Shown here in pieces: positions 48,514 to 58,347 of a DNA stretch of 64,000 bases. A model generated the notes under the pieces. It saw only the letters and a program-made list of their open reading frames with translations. It did no database searches and had not been told where the DNA came from. The number at the start of each line of letters is the position of its first letter. The stretch's first letter is position 1. Position numbers and translations under genes: made by a program. The DNA lies in assembly GCA_963817955.1 (NCBI GenBank), contig CAWFQK010000002.1:128001-192000 (forward strand), in the 5' to 3' direction. The DNA is from an uncultured Gemmatimonadaceae bacterium. GTDB lineage: Bacteria > Gemmatimonadota > Gemmatimonadetes > Gemmatimonadales > Gemmatimonadaceae.

Positions 48514-50055
48514 TCAAATCACCCGGTACGCTCCGCTCGGCCGCACTACTCCCGCGTCCAATCCGCTGACGTCGATACCCTTGGCCTTGAGCGCGCCGAG
48601 GAAGTTCGCTTTGTCGTTGGCGTGGACATACGCCTCCTCTACCTCGATCTGCCGCGACTCGATCAGGTCGATCAGCGCGTCGTTGAGCGTGGCCATGCCG
48701 AGGCGTTTGGACGTCTGCACAATGGATGGAATCTGAAAGGTCTTCCGTTCGCGAATGAGATTCGCCACCGGCGGGGTGTTGAACAACACTTCGCGTGCCG
48801 CCACCCGGCCGCCACCGATCTTGCGACACAACGTCTGAGACACCACGCCGCGAAGCGTATCGGCGAGCATGACCCGAATCTGCTCCTGCTGATCGGCCGG
48901 AAACTGATCGATGATGCGGTCGATCGTTGCCGCTGCTGTCGTCGTGTGCAGCGTGCCGAACACGAGGTGTCCCGTCTCCGCTGTCTCGAGCGCTATCGAA
49001 ACAGTCTCGAGGTCACGCATCTCGCCGATCAGTACGACGTCGGGATCTTCGCGCAGAGCCGCGCGCAGCGCCGTCTTGAATGACCGCGTATGCATGCCCA
49101 CTTGTCGTTGCGACACAACGCAGCGCTGACTCGGATGGACGAACTCGATCGGATCTTCGATCGTGATGATGTGATCGGTGCGCGTGCGGTTCACGAGATC
49201 GACGAGCGCACAGAGCGTCGTCGATTTGCCCGATCCCGTGGGTCCGGTGACGAGCACGAGCCCACGCGTGAGCGCGCACAGGCGCTGGATCTCAGGCGCC
49301 AAACCGAGGTCCTCCACTGTGACGACGGCGGGCGGAATACGGCGGAAGACCGCAGCCGTTCCCGTGCGTTCCTTGAATGCGTTGGCGCGGAAGCGCGAAC
49401 ATCCGGGGATTTCGTAGGCGAAATCGGTGTCGCTTGATGCCGCGAACTCGGCGCGATTGCGCGACGGCATCGTCGCCTCGACGAGCGCGGCCACATCATC
49501 GGCGCGCAATGTCGGGAACTCCGTCAGCCGAAGCATCTCCCCGTGGCATCGCAGAATCGGCGGCTCGCCGGCGCGCAGATGGAGATCCGACGCGTCCTTG
49601 GTCACTGCGACGCGGAGCATCTGATCGATGCGGTCTCGCGATGGCGACGCCACGCTCACGTCCGACGCATCAGGGACGTCTTCGACGTCGATCGGTGTGA
49701 CGGCAATGACCGGCGGCACGTCGTCGCTGACCAGCGCGAGTGCTGCCGGTTCTACGCTGCCGATACGGACGTGCCAGCGGCCGTCAGTCACTTCGGCGCG
49801 CGCGTCGAACGTTCCTTCGTCGGAGACGTACGTGAACGCTGCCGCCGCCCCCCGCTCAATGTGCCGCGCCGATTCTGGCGGAGCCACTTCACGCAGCAGC
49901 GATACGATCTGTGATCCAGTGAGTGGCGCACGCGTCACTGGGCGGGAGTCCGTCGTGCCCGTGGCTTCGAACCGTGCGGGGTTTCCTTCGTCGAGAGTCA
50001 ACACCGCTGCCTTATGGCCTGCCATCACAGCCAGGAGACGATCGAGTTGGGCCAT
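48514..50055 (-). CDS. pilT: PilT/PilU family type IV pilus ATPase with an extra N-terminal domain
   Basis: ASDLHL, GPTGSGKSTT, TIEDPIE, ALREDPDV, GHLVFGTLHT, VANLIRE. Confidence 0.9.
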   Translation of the reverse strand: MAQLDRLLAVMAGHKAAVLTLDEGNPARFEATGTTDSRPVTRAPLTGSQIVSLLREVAPPESARHIERGAAAAFTYVSDEGTFDARAEVTDGRWHVRIGSVEPAALALVSDDVPPVIAVTPIDVEDVPDASDVSVASPSRDRIDQMLRVAVTKDASDLHLRAGEPPILRCHGEMLRLTEFPTLRADDVAALVEATMPSRNRAEFAASSDTDFAYEIPGCSRFRANAFKERTGTAAVFRRIPPAVVTVEDLGLAPEIQRLCALTRGLVLVTGPTGSGKSTTLCALVDLVNRTRTDHIITIEDPIEFVHPSQRCVVSQRQVGMHTRSFKTALRAALREDPDVVLIGEMRDLETVSIALETAETGHLVFGTLHTTTAAATIDRIIDQFPADQQEQIRVMLADTLRGVVSQTLCRKIGGGRVAAREVLFNTPPVANLIRERKTFQIPSIVQTSKRLGMATLNDALIDLIESRQIEVEEAYVHANDKANFLGALKAKGIDVSGLDAGVVRPSGAYRVI

Positions 50056-50073
50056 AAGGCTACTGCCGTGGGG

Positions 50074-50532
50074 TTATCGTCGGTGATGGACCTGCGCGAC
50101 ATGGCGTCGGTTCACGAGACAAACGCCGGACGGCGAGCGGAGCAGAAGAAATCGACGCTGCTCGCTATTTAAGAAATCTAGTACGCGGGTACGGTCGGCG
50201 CGTGTTTCCAACCGCAGAGCGCCACAACATGCGCTCCCATCTGCGAATACGATCTCTACGGTCGCGTCCGACACGTCTCCGACTTCAGTATCGGACGCAA
50301 CCGCGTCGTACTGTACTCGCAGCACCTGATCCTTGCACACCAGTATGTACTGGCCGTCTGCGGTCCCGAGCGGCACGAATGTGTCTGCTTCGTTGAAGAG
50401 GTCCTCCGGGTCTTGCGGCTCCGAGCGATAGCGCGCCGTCGGCTGGAGGAAGATGTCCCCCTCCAGCACCACACCCCCGGCGAGCACGATCGCGACGCGC
50501 TGGCGCAGCTTCTCGATGCGGAACTCGTTCAT
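50074..50532 (-). CDS. hypothetical protein with a two-fold internal repeat
   Basis: Co-oriented upstream of pilT; halves EDLFNEADTFVPL / LDFLNSEQRRFLLL. Confidence 0.7.
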   Translation of the reverse strand: MNEFRIEKLRQRVAIVLAGGVVLEGDIFLQPTARYRSEPQDPEDLFNEADTFVPLGTADGQYILVCKDQVLRVQYDAVASDTEVGDVSDATVEIVFADGSACCGALRLETRADRTRVLDFLNSEQRRFLLLRSPSGVCLVNRRHVAQVHHRR

Positions 50533-50558
50533 GCAAACCGCTCCCGGCCGCGCGGCCG

Positions 50559-51494
50559 CTAAGGGTGAAGGTGCAACTCGCGTTCGGACATTTCCTGACG
50601 CTCGAGTTGAATGGTCACGTGCTGGATGCCCATCTCCAGGAGACAATCGTGCGCTTGCTCGAGCACGCCCTGGTGCGTCTCCGAGTCACGCACCACGGCA
50701 TGCGCGCTGGCGGCGATCATTCCTGAAGTTACCGTCCACACGTGCAAGTCATGTATCGATTCCACCCCGCCAATGGATTGGAGACGGGCACGAACCGTCT
50801 CGAGCGCAATGTGCGCCGGAGCGGCTTCGAGGAGCACGTCCACCGAGTCGCGGACCAGCCGCCACGCCCCGGCCATGATCAGCACCGTGGTGAGCAACGA
50901 TGCGACCGGATCGGCGGCCAGCCAGCCGATGGAACGGATCACCAGGGCAGCGGCAACGGTACCGCCGGATGCAAGCATGTCGCCCAGCACGTGGAGATAC
51001 GCACCACGCACATTGAGGCCTTTGTCTCGGACACCGTGCAGGAGCCAAACCGCCACCCCGTTGATCAGCAGCCCGAGTACCGCCACGCCGAGCATCAGCC
51101 CACCCGCCACCGGTTCAGGATGCTTGAACCGCATCACGGCTTCGATCACGATCCAGACGGAAATCAGCAGGAGGGTGGCACCGTTGATCAGCGCCGCCAG
51201 GATCTCCCAACGCAAATAGCCATAGGTCTTGGCCGGCGAACCGGGCTGCCGGGCCAACCACGCGACGAACAGTGACAATCCCAACGCGCCGGCATCGGTA
51301 AGGACGTGCCCGGCATCGGCCAGCAAGGCCAACGAGTTGGACATGAATCCACCGACGCCTTCGGCGACGAGAATGACCAGCGTCAGCCCCAGGGACCAGG
51401 CCAGCGCCTTGGTCGAGGTGCCGTGATGATCATGCCCATGCGCTGGGGCGTGTTGATGGCCGTGCGCGTGGCTATGCGAATGCAAATGCGCCAT
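50559..51494 (-). CDS. cation diffusion facilitator (CzcD/ZitB-like)
   Basis: His-rich N-terminus; SLALLADAGHVLTD, AYLHVLGD, HDLHVW, HVTIQ. Confidence 0.95.
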   Translation of the reverse strand: MAHLHSHSHAHGHQHAPAHGHDHHGTSTKALAWSLGLTLVILVAEGVGGFMSNSLALLADAGHVLTDAGALGLSLFVAWLARQPGSPAKTYGYLRWEILAALINGATLLLISVWIVIEAVMRFKHPEPVAGGLMLGVAVLGLLINGVAVWLLHGVRDKGLNVRGAYLHVLGDMLASGGTVAAALVIRSIGWLAADPVASLLTTVLIMAGAWRLVRDSVDVLLEAAPAHIALETVRARLQSIGGVESIHDLHVWTVTSGMIAASAHAVVRDSETHQGVLEQAHDCLLEMGIQHVTIQLERQEMSERELHLHP

Positions 51495-51538
51495 GAATTC
51501 CCGCGAGGATCGACGCTGTGGTTCGCTCGTCGTAGATT

Positions 51539-52876
51539 GTGCGGGTGCTTCTCCGCCTGATCGCCATCGTCGTCTTGCTCGTGCTGAACGGCTTCTTCGT
51601 CGCCGCCGAGTTCGCCTTGGTCCGTTCGCGGCGTACTCGCCTGGAGGCGATGGCGCGCACGGGCGATTGGAATGCACGCGTCGCGCTCAAGGCCTCCGGA
51701 AATCTCGCTCGGATCCTGTCTGCGAGCCAGTTGGGAATCACGTTGGCGAGCCTGGCCGTTGGTGCCCTTGCCGAAACCGTGTTAGGCCACTGGATGAGCG
51801 AGCGCGTCGGCAACCTGCCGTTCACCATAGATCCCGGCGTGCAAGCCGGCATTGGCGCGGCAATCGCGCTGACGCTCGTCACGTATCTCCACGTGGTGTT
51901 TGGCGAGCTCGCGCCACGGAGCGCAGCACTCGGGCACCCAGAGCGGTTCGCGCGATGGCTGACTCCCCCGCTCGTCGGGTTCGCTTGGTTGGTGACGCCG
52001 TTCACCGCACTCCTCAATTCGTCGGCGAGCCTCGTGCTGCGCCTGATGGCGCAGAAGCCTGCGCCGGAATCGGAGAACGTCCATTCGGCGGAAGAGCTAC
52101 GGATCATCGTCGAGCAGAGTCAGGAACTGGGTGCACTCGAGCCGGCCGACGCCAACATGCTCGAAGGCGTCTTTGAATTCTCCGAAAAGAATGCGCGGGA
52201 AGTCATGACGCCGCGTACCGAGATCGACGCGCTGCCGATCGACGCGACGCTCCAGGAGACGCTGGCCATGGTCGAGGAGAGCGGGCGATCGCGGTACCCC
52301 GTCTACGAAGACAGCATCGACAACATCATCGGCGTGGTGCTGGCGAAGGATCTCATCGCCGTGCTCCACACGCCGCCACCGGAGTTTTCGCTTCGCGCGA
52401 TCATGCGCCCGGTGCATGTCGTGCCCGGGTCCCGCGAGGTCGAGGAAGTGCTCGCAGACTTCAAACGATTGAAAGAACATATGGCCGTTGTGCTGGACGA
52501 GTACGGCGGCACCGCCGGTCTCGTGACCATGGAAGACTTGCTGGAGGAGATCGTCGGTGAGATTCTCGACGAGTACGACGAGCCGCCCGAGCACCCAGAG
52601 CGCGAGAGCGCCGACCTCCTCATCGTCCCCGGGGGAACGAATGTCAGTGAGCTGAACGAACGGTATGGCCTGAACGTACCCGAGGACGATTACACGACGA
52701 TCGGCGGCTTCATCTTCGGCGCGCTTGGGCGACTGCCCGTGGTCGGCGACCGAATGACGACCGGCGGCGCCGCGTTCACGGTGCGCGAGATGGACGGCCG
52801 CCGGATAGAAAGCCTCGCTGTTGATCTCCACGCCGCCGGAGACAGACGCGCGCAGGAGCGCGCATCGTCGCCCTGA
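51539..52876 (+). CDS. hemolysin-family CNNM-CBS-CorC protein
   Basis: NGFFVAAEFALV, SRYPVY, VLDEYGGTAGLVTMEDLLEEIVGEI. Confidence 0.95.
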   Translation: MRVLLRLIAIVVLLVLNGFFVAAEFALVRSRRTRLEAMARTGDWNARVALKASGNLARILSASQLGITLASLAVGALAETVLGHWMSERVGNLPFTIDPGVQAGIGAAIALTLVTYLHVVFGELAPRSAALGHPERFARWLTPPLVGFAWLVTPFTALLNSSASLVLRLMAQKPAPESENVHSAEELRIIVEQSQELGALEPADANMLEGVFEFSEKNAREVMTPRTEIDALPIDATLQETLAMVEESGRSRYPVYEDSIDNIIGVVLAKDLIAVLHTPPPEFSLRAIMRPVHVVPGSREVEEVLADFKRLKEHMAVVLDEYGGTAGLVTMEDLLEEIVGEILDEYDEPPEHPERESADLLIVPGGTNVSELNERYGLNVPEDDYTTIGGFIFGALGRLPVVGDRMTTGGAAFTVREMDGRRIESLAVDLHAAGDRRAQERASSP

Positions 52877-52879
52877 GCG

Positions 52880-54376
52880 TTACCGCTTTGGGCCGCGCGG
52901 CAGCAGTTCGGCCAGATCGGCAAGCTGCCACGCATTGACCGCCATGACGGTCGCTGCCTGCGCAACGTCCGCCGCCACGACGCGATTGTAGTCGTCCACC
53001 TGCGAATGGTGCGTGTGATTGTAGCCTTCGGTCGCCTGATCGTAGTTGAATCCCGGCACGCCATAGGGAAGGAACGACAGGTGATCCGTGCCGGTCTTGT
53101 TTGCCGCGCGCACGGCAAACGGCCCCAACTCCGCGAGCGGCGACAGCATCGACGTCCACATGTCGCGCAGCTCATCGCGGCCCTGGAGCGCCATTCCCGT
53201 GATACGGCCTGTGCCGTTGTCGAGCACGAGCACCGCTTGATACTTGCCGAGCGCTCGCTCATGCGACGCGGCATAGGCCTGCGACCCGAACAATCCTTCC
53301 TCTTCCCCCCCGAACAGCACGAATCGAATCGTTCGCTTGGGCCGTACGCCAGCCGCCTTGAGAATGCGCGCGGCCTCGAGCACGGCGATCGATCCGCTCC
53401 CGTTGTCCGTGCCGCCCGTCGCCAGATCCCAGGAGTCCAGATGCGCGCCGAGCAACACGACTTCATCTGGATGTTCGCTTCCACGGATCTCTCCCACGGT
53501 GTTGTACTGCTGCACGGCGTCGCGAGAGAAGCTGTTCCGGATATCGGCATCGATATGCACGCGCTCACCGCGGCGGACGAGGCGCTCGAACTGCGCGTAG
53601 TCGTCGTTGGCAATCACGATTTGTGGATAGGGCGATATCGCGCTCGGCGATCCGCTCATCGTATACAATGCGAAGTCCTTGGCGCCATCGCGAATGAGAC
53701 CGGCAATCCCTTCGGAGGCAAGCCGGCCGGCACGCGTCGGCATGAAGCGACGTTCCTCATCAGTCTGCGGCAGGTTCGCGCGGCGCACTGAATCGATGCG
53801 CACGGAGTCGGCCGGAGTCATGGGCACGTCGGGGTTGGGCAGCGCCGCAGCCGGGCCGAGCATCACCCAGGCACCGCGCAGTTTGCCGGCGAAGCGACGT
53901 TCGTAGTCTTGCGGCGTTCGCGCGTCTACCAGCACGACGTCTCCAGCGAGCGGGCCGTTCGTTCCCGGCGACCAGGCCCAGGAGACACCGAGCAGCTCAC
54001 GATGATGCGGCGCAGTCATGCGCACCGTCATCGGCCCGCGAGTCCACGCGACGCCGAACTTCCACGGCTCGAGGACGGCGCTATCCATTCCATACTCACG
54101 GAACTTCTCCTGCGTCCACTCGTTCGCGTGCTGCATCTCCGGACTGCCCGACAACCGCGGACCGATCACGTCGAGCAGATACGAGAGGTCCGCCTGCGCG
54201 TGCGACCGCTTGGTGCCTTCCTGGATGATGCGCGCCACCGTCTCATCATTGGTCGGAACGCCTACTTGGCGCTGCGCAACGACCGCCGCAACGGGAGCGG
54301 GTCGCTCTGGCTGTTGCCCCTGCGCACACGCCGCCGTGAACAGTGTGGCGGCGAATAGGATCGAGCGACGGATCAT
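52880..54376 (-). CDS. M28 family peptidase (carboxypeptidase Q-like) lipoprotein
   Basis: GAHLDSW, GTDNGSG, GEEEGL, TDH, HHSQVD. Confidence 0.93.
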   Translation of the reverse strand: MIRRSILFAATLFTAACAQGQQPERPAPVAAVVAQRQVGVPTNDETVARIIQEGTKRSHAQADLSYLLDVIGPRLSGSPEMQHANEWTQEKFREYGMDSAVLEPWKFGVAWTRGPMTVRMTAPHHRELLGVSWAWSPGTNGPLAGDVVLVDARTPQDYERRFAGKLRGAWVMLGPAAALPNPDVPMTPADSVRIDSVRRANLPQTDEERRFMPTRAGRLASEGIAGLIRDGAKDFALYTMSGSPSAISPYPQIVIANDDYAQFERLVRRGERVHIDADIRNSFSRDAVQQYNTVGEIRGSEHPDEVVLLGAHLDSWDLATGGTDNGSGSIAVLEAARILKAAGVRPKRTIRFVLFGGEEEGLFGSQAYAASHERALGKYQAVLVLDNGTGRITGMALQGRDELRDMWTSMLSPLAELGPFAVRAANKTGTDHLSFLPYGVPGFNYDQATEGYNHTHHSQVDDYNRVVAADVAQAATVMAVNAWQLADLAELLPRGPKR

Positions 54377-55317
54377 GTTGCCTCCCTGAAGCGCGACGCG
54401 GACCGCCGCACGATGTCCGCGCATAGCGTAATGGCTTCGATCATGCTCGACTCGTCGGCAATTCCCCGCCCCGCAATGTCGAGGGCAGTACCATGATCGG
54501 GGGATGTTCGCGGAAACGGCAGTCCGAGCGTGACGTTCACGGCGCTGCCGAATGACGCGACCTTGATCGCCGTCATGCCGACGTCGTGGTATGGTGCAAT
54601 GACCGCGTCGAACGCACCACGCATGGCACGCACGAACACCGTGTCGGCCGGAAATGGCCCGGCGATTCCTGCTTCTTCGGCGGCCGGACGCAGCAGTTCA
54701 TCGTCCTCGCGGCCGAATCGACCGCCATCCCCAGCGTGCGGGTTGAGCGCGCACAACGCGATCCGTGGCTCGGCAATGCCGAACCAGTTCTGCAATCCGA
54801 TTCGCGTAACCGTGGCCACATCGATGATGGCGTCGCGCGTGACGGCCGCTGGAACATCGCGCAGCGCAAGGTGCGTCGTTGCGAGCACCACGCGGAGCGG
54901 ATTGACAGCGCCGACTGCCGGTTTCGTGGCTGCGAGCATCATTGCCACCCGCCGGCCGGTGAGCATCGCCAGCATCTCCGTATGGCCGGGATAGCGGTAC
55001 CCGCCGGCAAGCAATGCGGCCTTGTCGATTGGCGCGGTGACGATGCCGTCCACTTCGTGCTGCAGCGCCAGTGCCACGGCACGTTCGATGGCGCGCCCCG
55101 CCAGCCGGCCGGCGGCCGTGGCTCCCGCACCGGCTGTCCACGTTCCCGTCTGCTCCCCCACATCGATACCGGCGCCGGCAGGACCAACGAAAACGAGATC
55201 GGCGGCCTCGCGCACCTGGCGCGAGGCCGCCGCTTTCTCGATGATCTCCGGACCAATTCCCCGCGCGTCGCCCAGGGTGATGGCGAGCGTCGGGCGGCGT
55301 CCTGAGGCAACCTCCAC
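54373..55317 (-). CDS. pdxA: 4-hydroxythreonine-4-phosphate dehydrogenase
   Basis: GIGPE, TAPIDK, GHTE, LNPHAG, YHD, RTSPDHGTA. Confidence 0.95.
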   Translation of the reverse strand: MEVASGRRPTLAITLGDARGIGPEIIEKAAASRQVREAADLVFVGPAGAGIDVGEQTGTWTAGAGATAAGRLAGRAIERAVALALQHEVDGIVTAPIDKAALLAGGYRYPGHTEMLAMLTGRRVAMMLAATKPAVGAVNPLRVVLATTHLALRDVPAAVTRDAIIDVATVTRIGLQNWFGIAEPRIALCALNPHAGDGGRFGREDDELLRPAAEEAGIAGPFPADTVFVRAMRGAFDAVIAPYHDVGMTAIKVASFGSAVNVTLGLPFPRTSPDHGTALDIAGRGIADESSMIEAITLCADIVRRSASRFREAT

Positions 55318-55334
55318 GATACGACTGGGACCGG

Positions 55335-56723
55335 TCAGGGCTTCGATTTGGCCGCGACGGCCATCTCGTCGAGCCGTACTGACACGTACGTCTGCTTCTT
55401 TAACGTGTCGATGTAGCGCCGCACGCCGCCACGTTGCGCGAGATCGCTGCGCACGATGTCCTTCATCTCGGCGAGCGTACGATCGCCGCCCTCATCGACC
55501 GTCAGCAAAGAGGCGACGACGAACTTGGGAATGTCCGGCCGCTGCGACGCACCCGGAATCTGGAACACGACCACGTCACCTGGCTTGCGAAGCAGAAAGG
55601 CCTTCTGGTACGTGGCGGGCAAGCTGTCGCGCCAAAACGGCGTGAGTATGCTCGTCTCTTCCTTACCCGCGTAGTCGTGATACTTCCGCGCAAGCGTGTC
55701 GAAGGGCACGCCTGATTTCCACAACCTCGCCACGCTGTCGGCGAGCGTCGCGGTGCGCGCAATGTCGGCGGAATCAATTTTGGCGGCGATCAAGATCTGG
55801 TGCGCCTTCACTTCGCCCGGCTGGACTCGATCCACCCTGATGATGTGATAGCCGTAGGGCGTTTCGACGACGGGGCTCAACTGCCCTGGAGAGAGCGGCT
55901 GCAGGAAACCGCTGCCGAACAGCCAGCGATCGAACTCCGGCAGGTTGTCGTTGCGGCGTGCCCAACCGAGATCCCCGCCGGTCTCCTTCGTCTGCAGATC
56001 CATCGACTCGCGCTTCGCCAGCTTTTCGAAGTCGGAGCCACTGCGAAGCTGCGCGAGCAGGGACTCGGCCCGGACGCGTGCCACTTCCTTCGCTGCTGCG
56101 GTTGGCTGTGGTGCGATCACGATTTGCTTGAACGTCACCGATGCCGGCTTCTTTGGCAGAAACTCGCGGTTCTTCTCAAATTCGGCGGTCACCTCAGCGT
56201 CGGTGACGTTCACAGGGACGATCTTGCCGTCCTCGTTGAGCTTGCGGATCACCCGTTCGCGCGTGCGCTGCCGGCGAAATTGGTCTATCAGGAACCGACG
56301 ATACTCCTCCGGCGAACCAAGCGACGCCTTGGACAGCGCGGCGCGGAACTCGGCTTCCGTCGGGAATTGCGCCCGCGTGGCCCTCATCTGCCGATCGACG
56401 TCCGGCGTCACGTCGGCGTCCGGAACCTCGATCTTGAGATCCTTCGCCTTCTGGATGATCAGTTCGTCCTGAATCATGTCGTCGAGCGTGGTCCGCTCGA
56501 GCGCGGCGGCTGCGGCGCTGTCTTCCGGCGCCGGCGCCTCGCGGCGCTGAATCTTGGCGAGCACCGCCTCACGCAATTCGAAGCGCGTGATCGGCGTTTC
56601 GCCGACGACGGCGACGATCGCGTCGAGCGCGACCGGCGACGTGGACGCGGCGGCCACAGGCAGCTGCGCGCGCAATGCGCCCGCGGCGAGCAGCAGGAAT
56701 GACAATGAGAGAATTCGTTTCAT
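55335..56723 (-). CDS. surA: SurA-like peptidyl-prolyl isomerase/chaperone
   Basis: DAIVAVVG..PIT N-domain; parvulin motifs FEKLAKRES.D, GGDLGW, ETPYGYHII; upstream of pdxA. Confidence 0.8.
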   Translation of the reverse strand: MKRILSLSFLLLAAGALRAQLPVAAASTSPVALDAIVAVVGETPITRFELREAVLAKIQRREAPAPEDSAAAAALERTTLDDMIQDELIIQKAKDLKIEVPDADVTPDVDRQMRATRAQFPTEAEFRAALSKASLGSPEEYRRFLIDQFRRQRTRERVIRKLNEDGKIVPVNVTDAEVTAEFEKNREFLPKKPASVTFKQIVIAPQPTAAAKEVARVRAESLLAQLRSGSDFEKLAKRESMDLQTKETGGDLGWARRNDNLPEFDRWLFGSGFLQPLSPGQLSPVVETPYGYHIIRVDRVQPGEVKAHQILIAAKIDSADIARTATLADSVARLWKSGVPFDTLARKYHDYAGKEETSILTPFWRDSLPATYQKAFLLRKPGDVVVFQIPGASQRPDIPKFVVASLLTVDEGGDRTLAEMKDIVRSDLAQRGGVRRYIDTLKKQTYVSVRLDEMAVAAKSKP

Positions 56724-56787
56724 ACGACGGAATACCCACGAACGAGGGCCAGGGGTCCGACCCTGGCCCTCTCGAGTGAACGTGCCT

Positions 56788-58314
56788 TTACGGCTTCTTG
56801 GAACCCGGCTGCGGCTGCGGTTGTGGCTGTGGCTGTGGCGGCTGCGCGCCAGCGGGCGGCTGACCACCAGCCGGTGGCTGACCCATGCCCGGAAGCGGAA
56901 TTTGCGACTTCGGCTGATTGGCCGCCCGCGCCGAGTCTGCTGCCGCTCGTACGCTCGTCGCGCGCGCGAGTGCGCGGTCGATGCCCGCGGCATTGATCGA
57001 CGATTCGTACTTCGCGTCGAGCATCTTCTTGAGCGGCGTCGGCAACGACAGCGGTTGCGCCTGGCCAGCCATCATGCGGTCCAGATATGCGTCGACGCGC
57101 GAGGCAGCGAGTCGCTCTTTCTCGGCACCACTCTTCGCGCTGTCGGCGAGCATCTTTGGATCGACGCCAAGCGACTGCCAGAGGTTGGTCACGAGCTGAC
57201 CAATCTCCGTGTACATCTGCGCGCGGTCGGTGGGAGGCACGTCTACATGGGCGCTATCGGCCCGGCGCAGCAAGAGCTGCTGGATAGCGACCTGCTTCAC
57301 GAACGGCTTGAGCACCGAGTCGGGAGCCTGCGGAATGCGTTGCGCAATCTGTTGTTGCGGCGGGAACGTCTCGAGCCAGCCCAGAAAATCTGACACCGTC
57401 AGCTCTCCGCCCTTGTACGTCGCGAGCGTACCCTTGTCGGCCCGATGCTTGGCCTGGTCCTTCACCGCGTTCTTGACCGTCGCAGCGACGTTGTCCTTCA
57501 CCTGGAGATCGGAGCCGGTCGCGAGCTGCGCGAGATACACGCTGTCCGCCACCTTGCCAGAGATCTGCGAGTATTGCGCGGAGAAGTCTTTCGCCGCGTC
57601 GGCGTACGGCAGGCGCTGAATGATGTGGAAGCCGAAGTTCGTCTCAATCGGTTGCGAGATCTCGCCGGGCTTGAGCGCGGCGGTGGCGTTCGAGAATGCC
57701 GGGATCATCACTCCCTTCTGGAAGACGCCGAGGTTGCCATTGTTCTGCTTGGCGCTCGGGTCGGTGCTGTACTTCTTCGCCAGATCGGTGAAGTTCGCGG
57801 CGGTCACCTGCGCGCGAACCTGCTGGGCCTTCTTGCGGAGCGAGTCCTTTTCCGCTTGGGTGGCGGGCACGGCAGGGTTCTTGTACCCGATCAGGATGTG
57901 GCGCGCAGCCAGGAGGCCGCCGGCGGCCTGGTTGTATGCCGCCTCGCTGCCGGAGTCGACCTTGAACGTCTTGGTGACGGAATCCATGTAGCGCTGCAGT
58001 TTCTGCGCATTGATCATGGGTGCAACAGCGCGATCGATCGCCTTCTTGTCATTGAGCGAATCGCCGTGCGCGGCCGCATACGCAAGCTGCTGATAGCCGG
58101 TCCAGATGTCAGTGAGGATCGCGGCGTTGTCGCGTGTCACGGGAACCGGGATCTTCGCCCCGCCGAGCATGTCGCCAAGCCGGGTGACCGACAGCTCCTG
58201 CGAGCCGGCGCGTGCAACGACATCCACATGCGCCGTGAGAGCATCCTTCAGCCCGCCACAGGCACCCAAGAGCGTGCAGGCAGTCGCGAAGCCAACGAGA
58301 GAACGTGATCGCAT
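56788..58314 (-). CDS. parvulin-type PPIase lipoprotein
   Basis: Lipobox LGAC; ARHILI, LAKKYSTDP, ETNFGFHII; PQ-rich tail. Confidence 0.88.
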   Translation of the reverse strand: MRSRSLVGFATACTLLGACGGLKDALTAHVDVVARAGSQELSVTRLGDMLGGAKIPVPVTRDNAAILTDIWTGYQQLAYAAAHGDSLNDKKAIDRAVAPMINAQKLQRYMDSVTKTFKVDSGSEAAYNQAAGGLLAARHILIGYKNPAVPATQAEKDSLRKKAQQVRAQVTAANFTDLAKKYSTDPSAKQNNGNLGVFQKGVMIPAFSNATAALKPGEISQPIETNFGFHIIQRLPYADAAKDFSAQYSQISGKVADSVYLAQLATGSDLQVKDNVAATVKNAVKDQAKHRADKGTLATYKGGELTVSDFLGWLETFPPQQQIAQRIPQAPDSVLKPFVKQVAIQQLLLRRADSAHVDVPPTDRAQMYTEIGQLVTNLWQSLGVDPKMLADSAKSGAEKERLAASRVDAYLDRMMAGQAQPLSLPTPLKKMLDAKYESSINAAGIDRALARATSVRAAADSARAANQPKSQIPLPGMGQPPAGGQPPAGAQPPQPQPQPQPQPGSKKP

Positions 58315-58347
58315 GAACAAACCAGGGGCTAGGGTCTAGGGTGTGGG

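Noticed and set aside
56800..56880. GGCTGC/GGCTGT hexamer run
   Set aside because: It simply encodes the PQPQ tail of the PPIase
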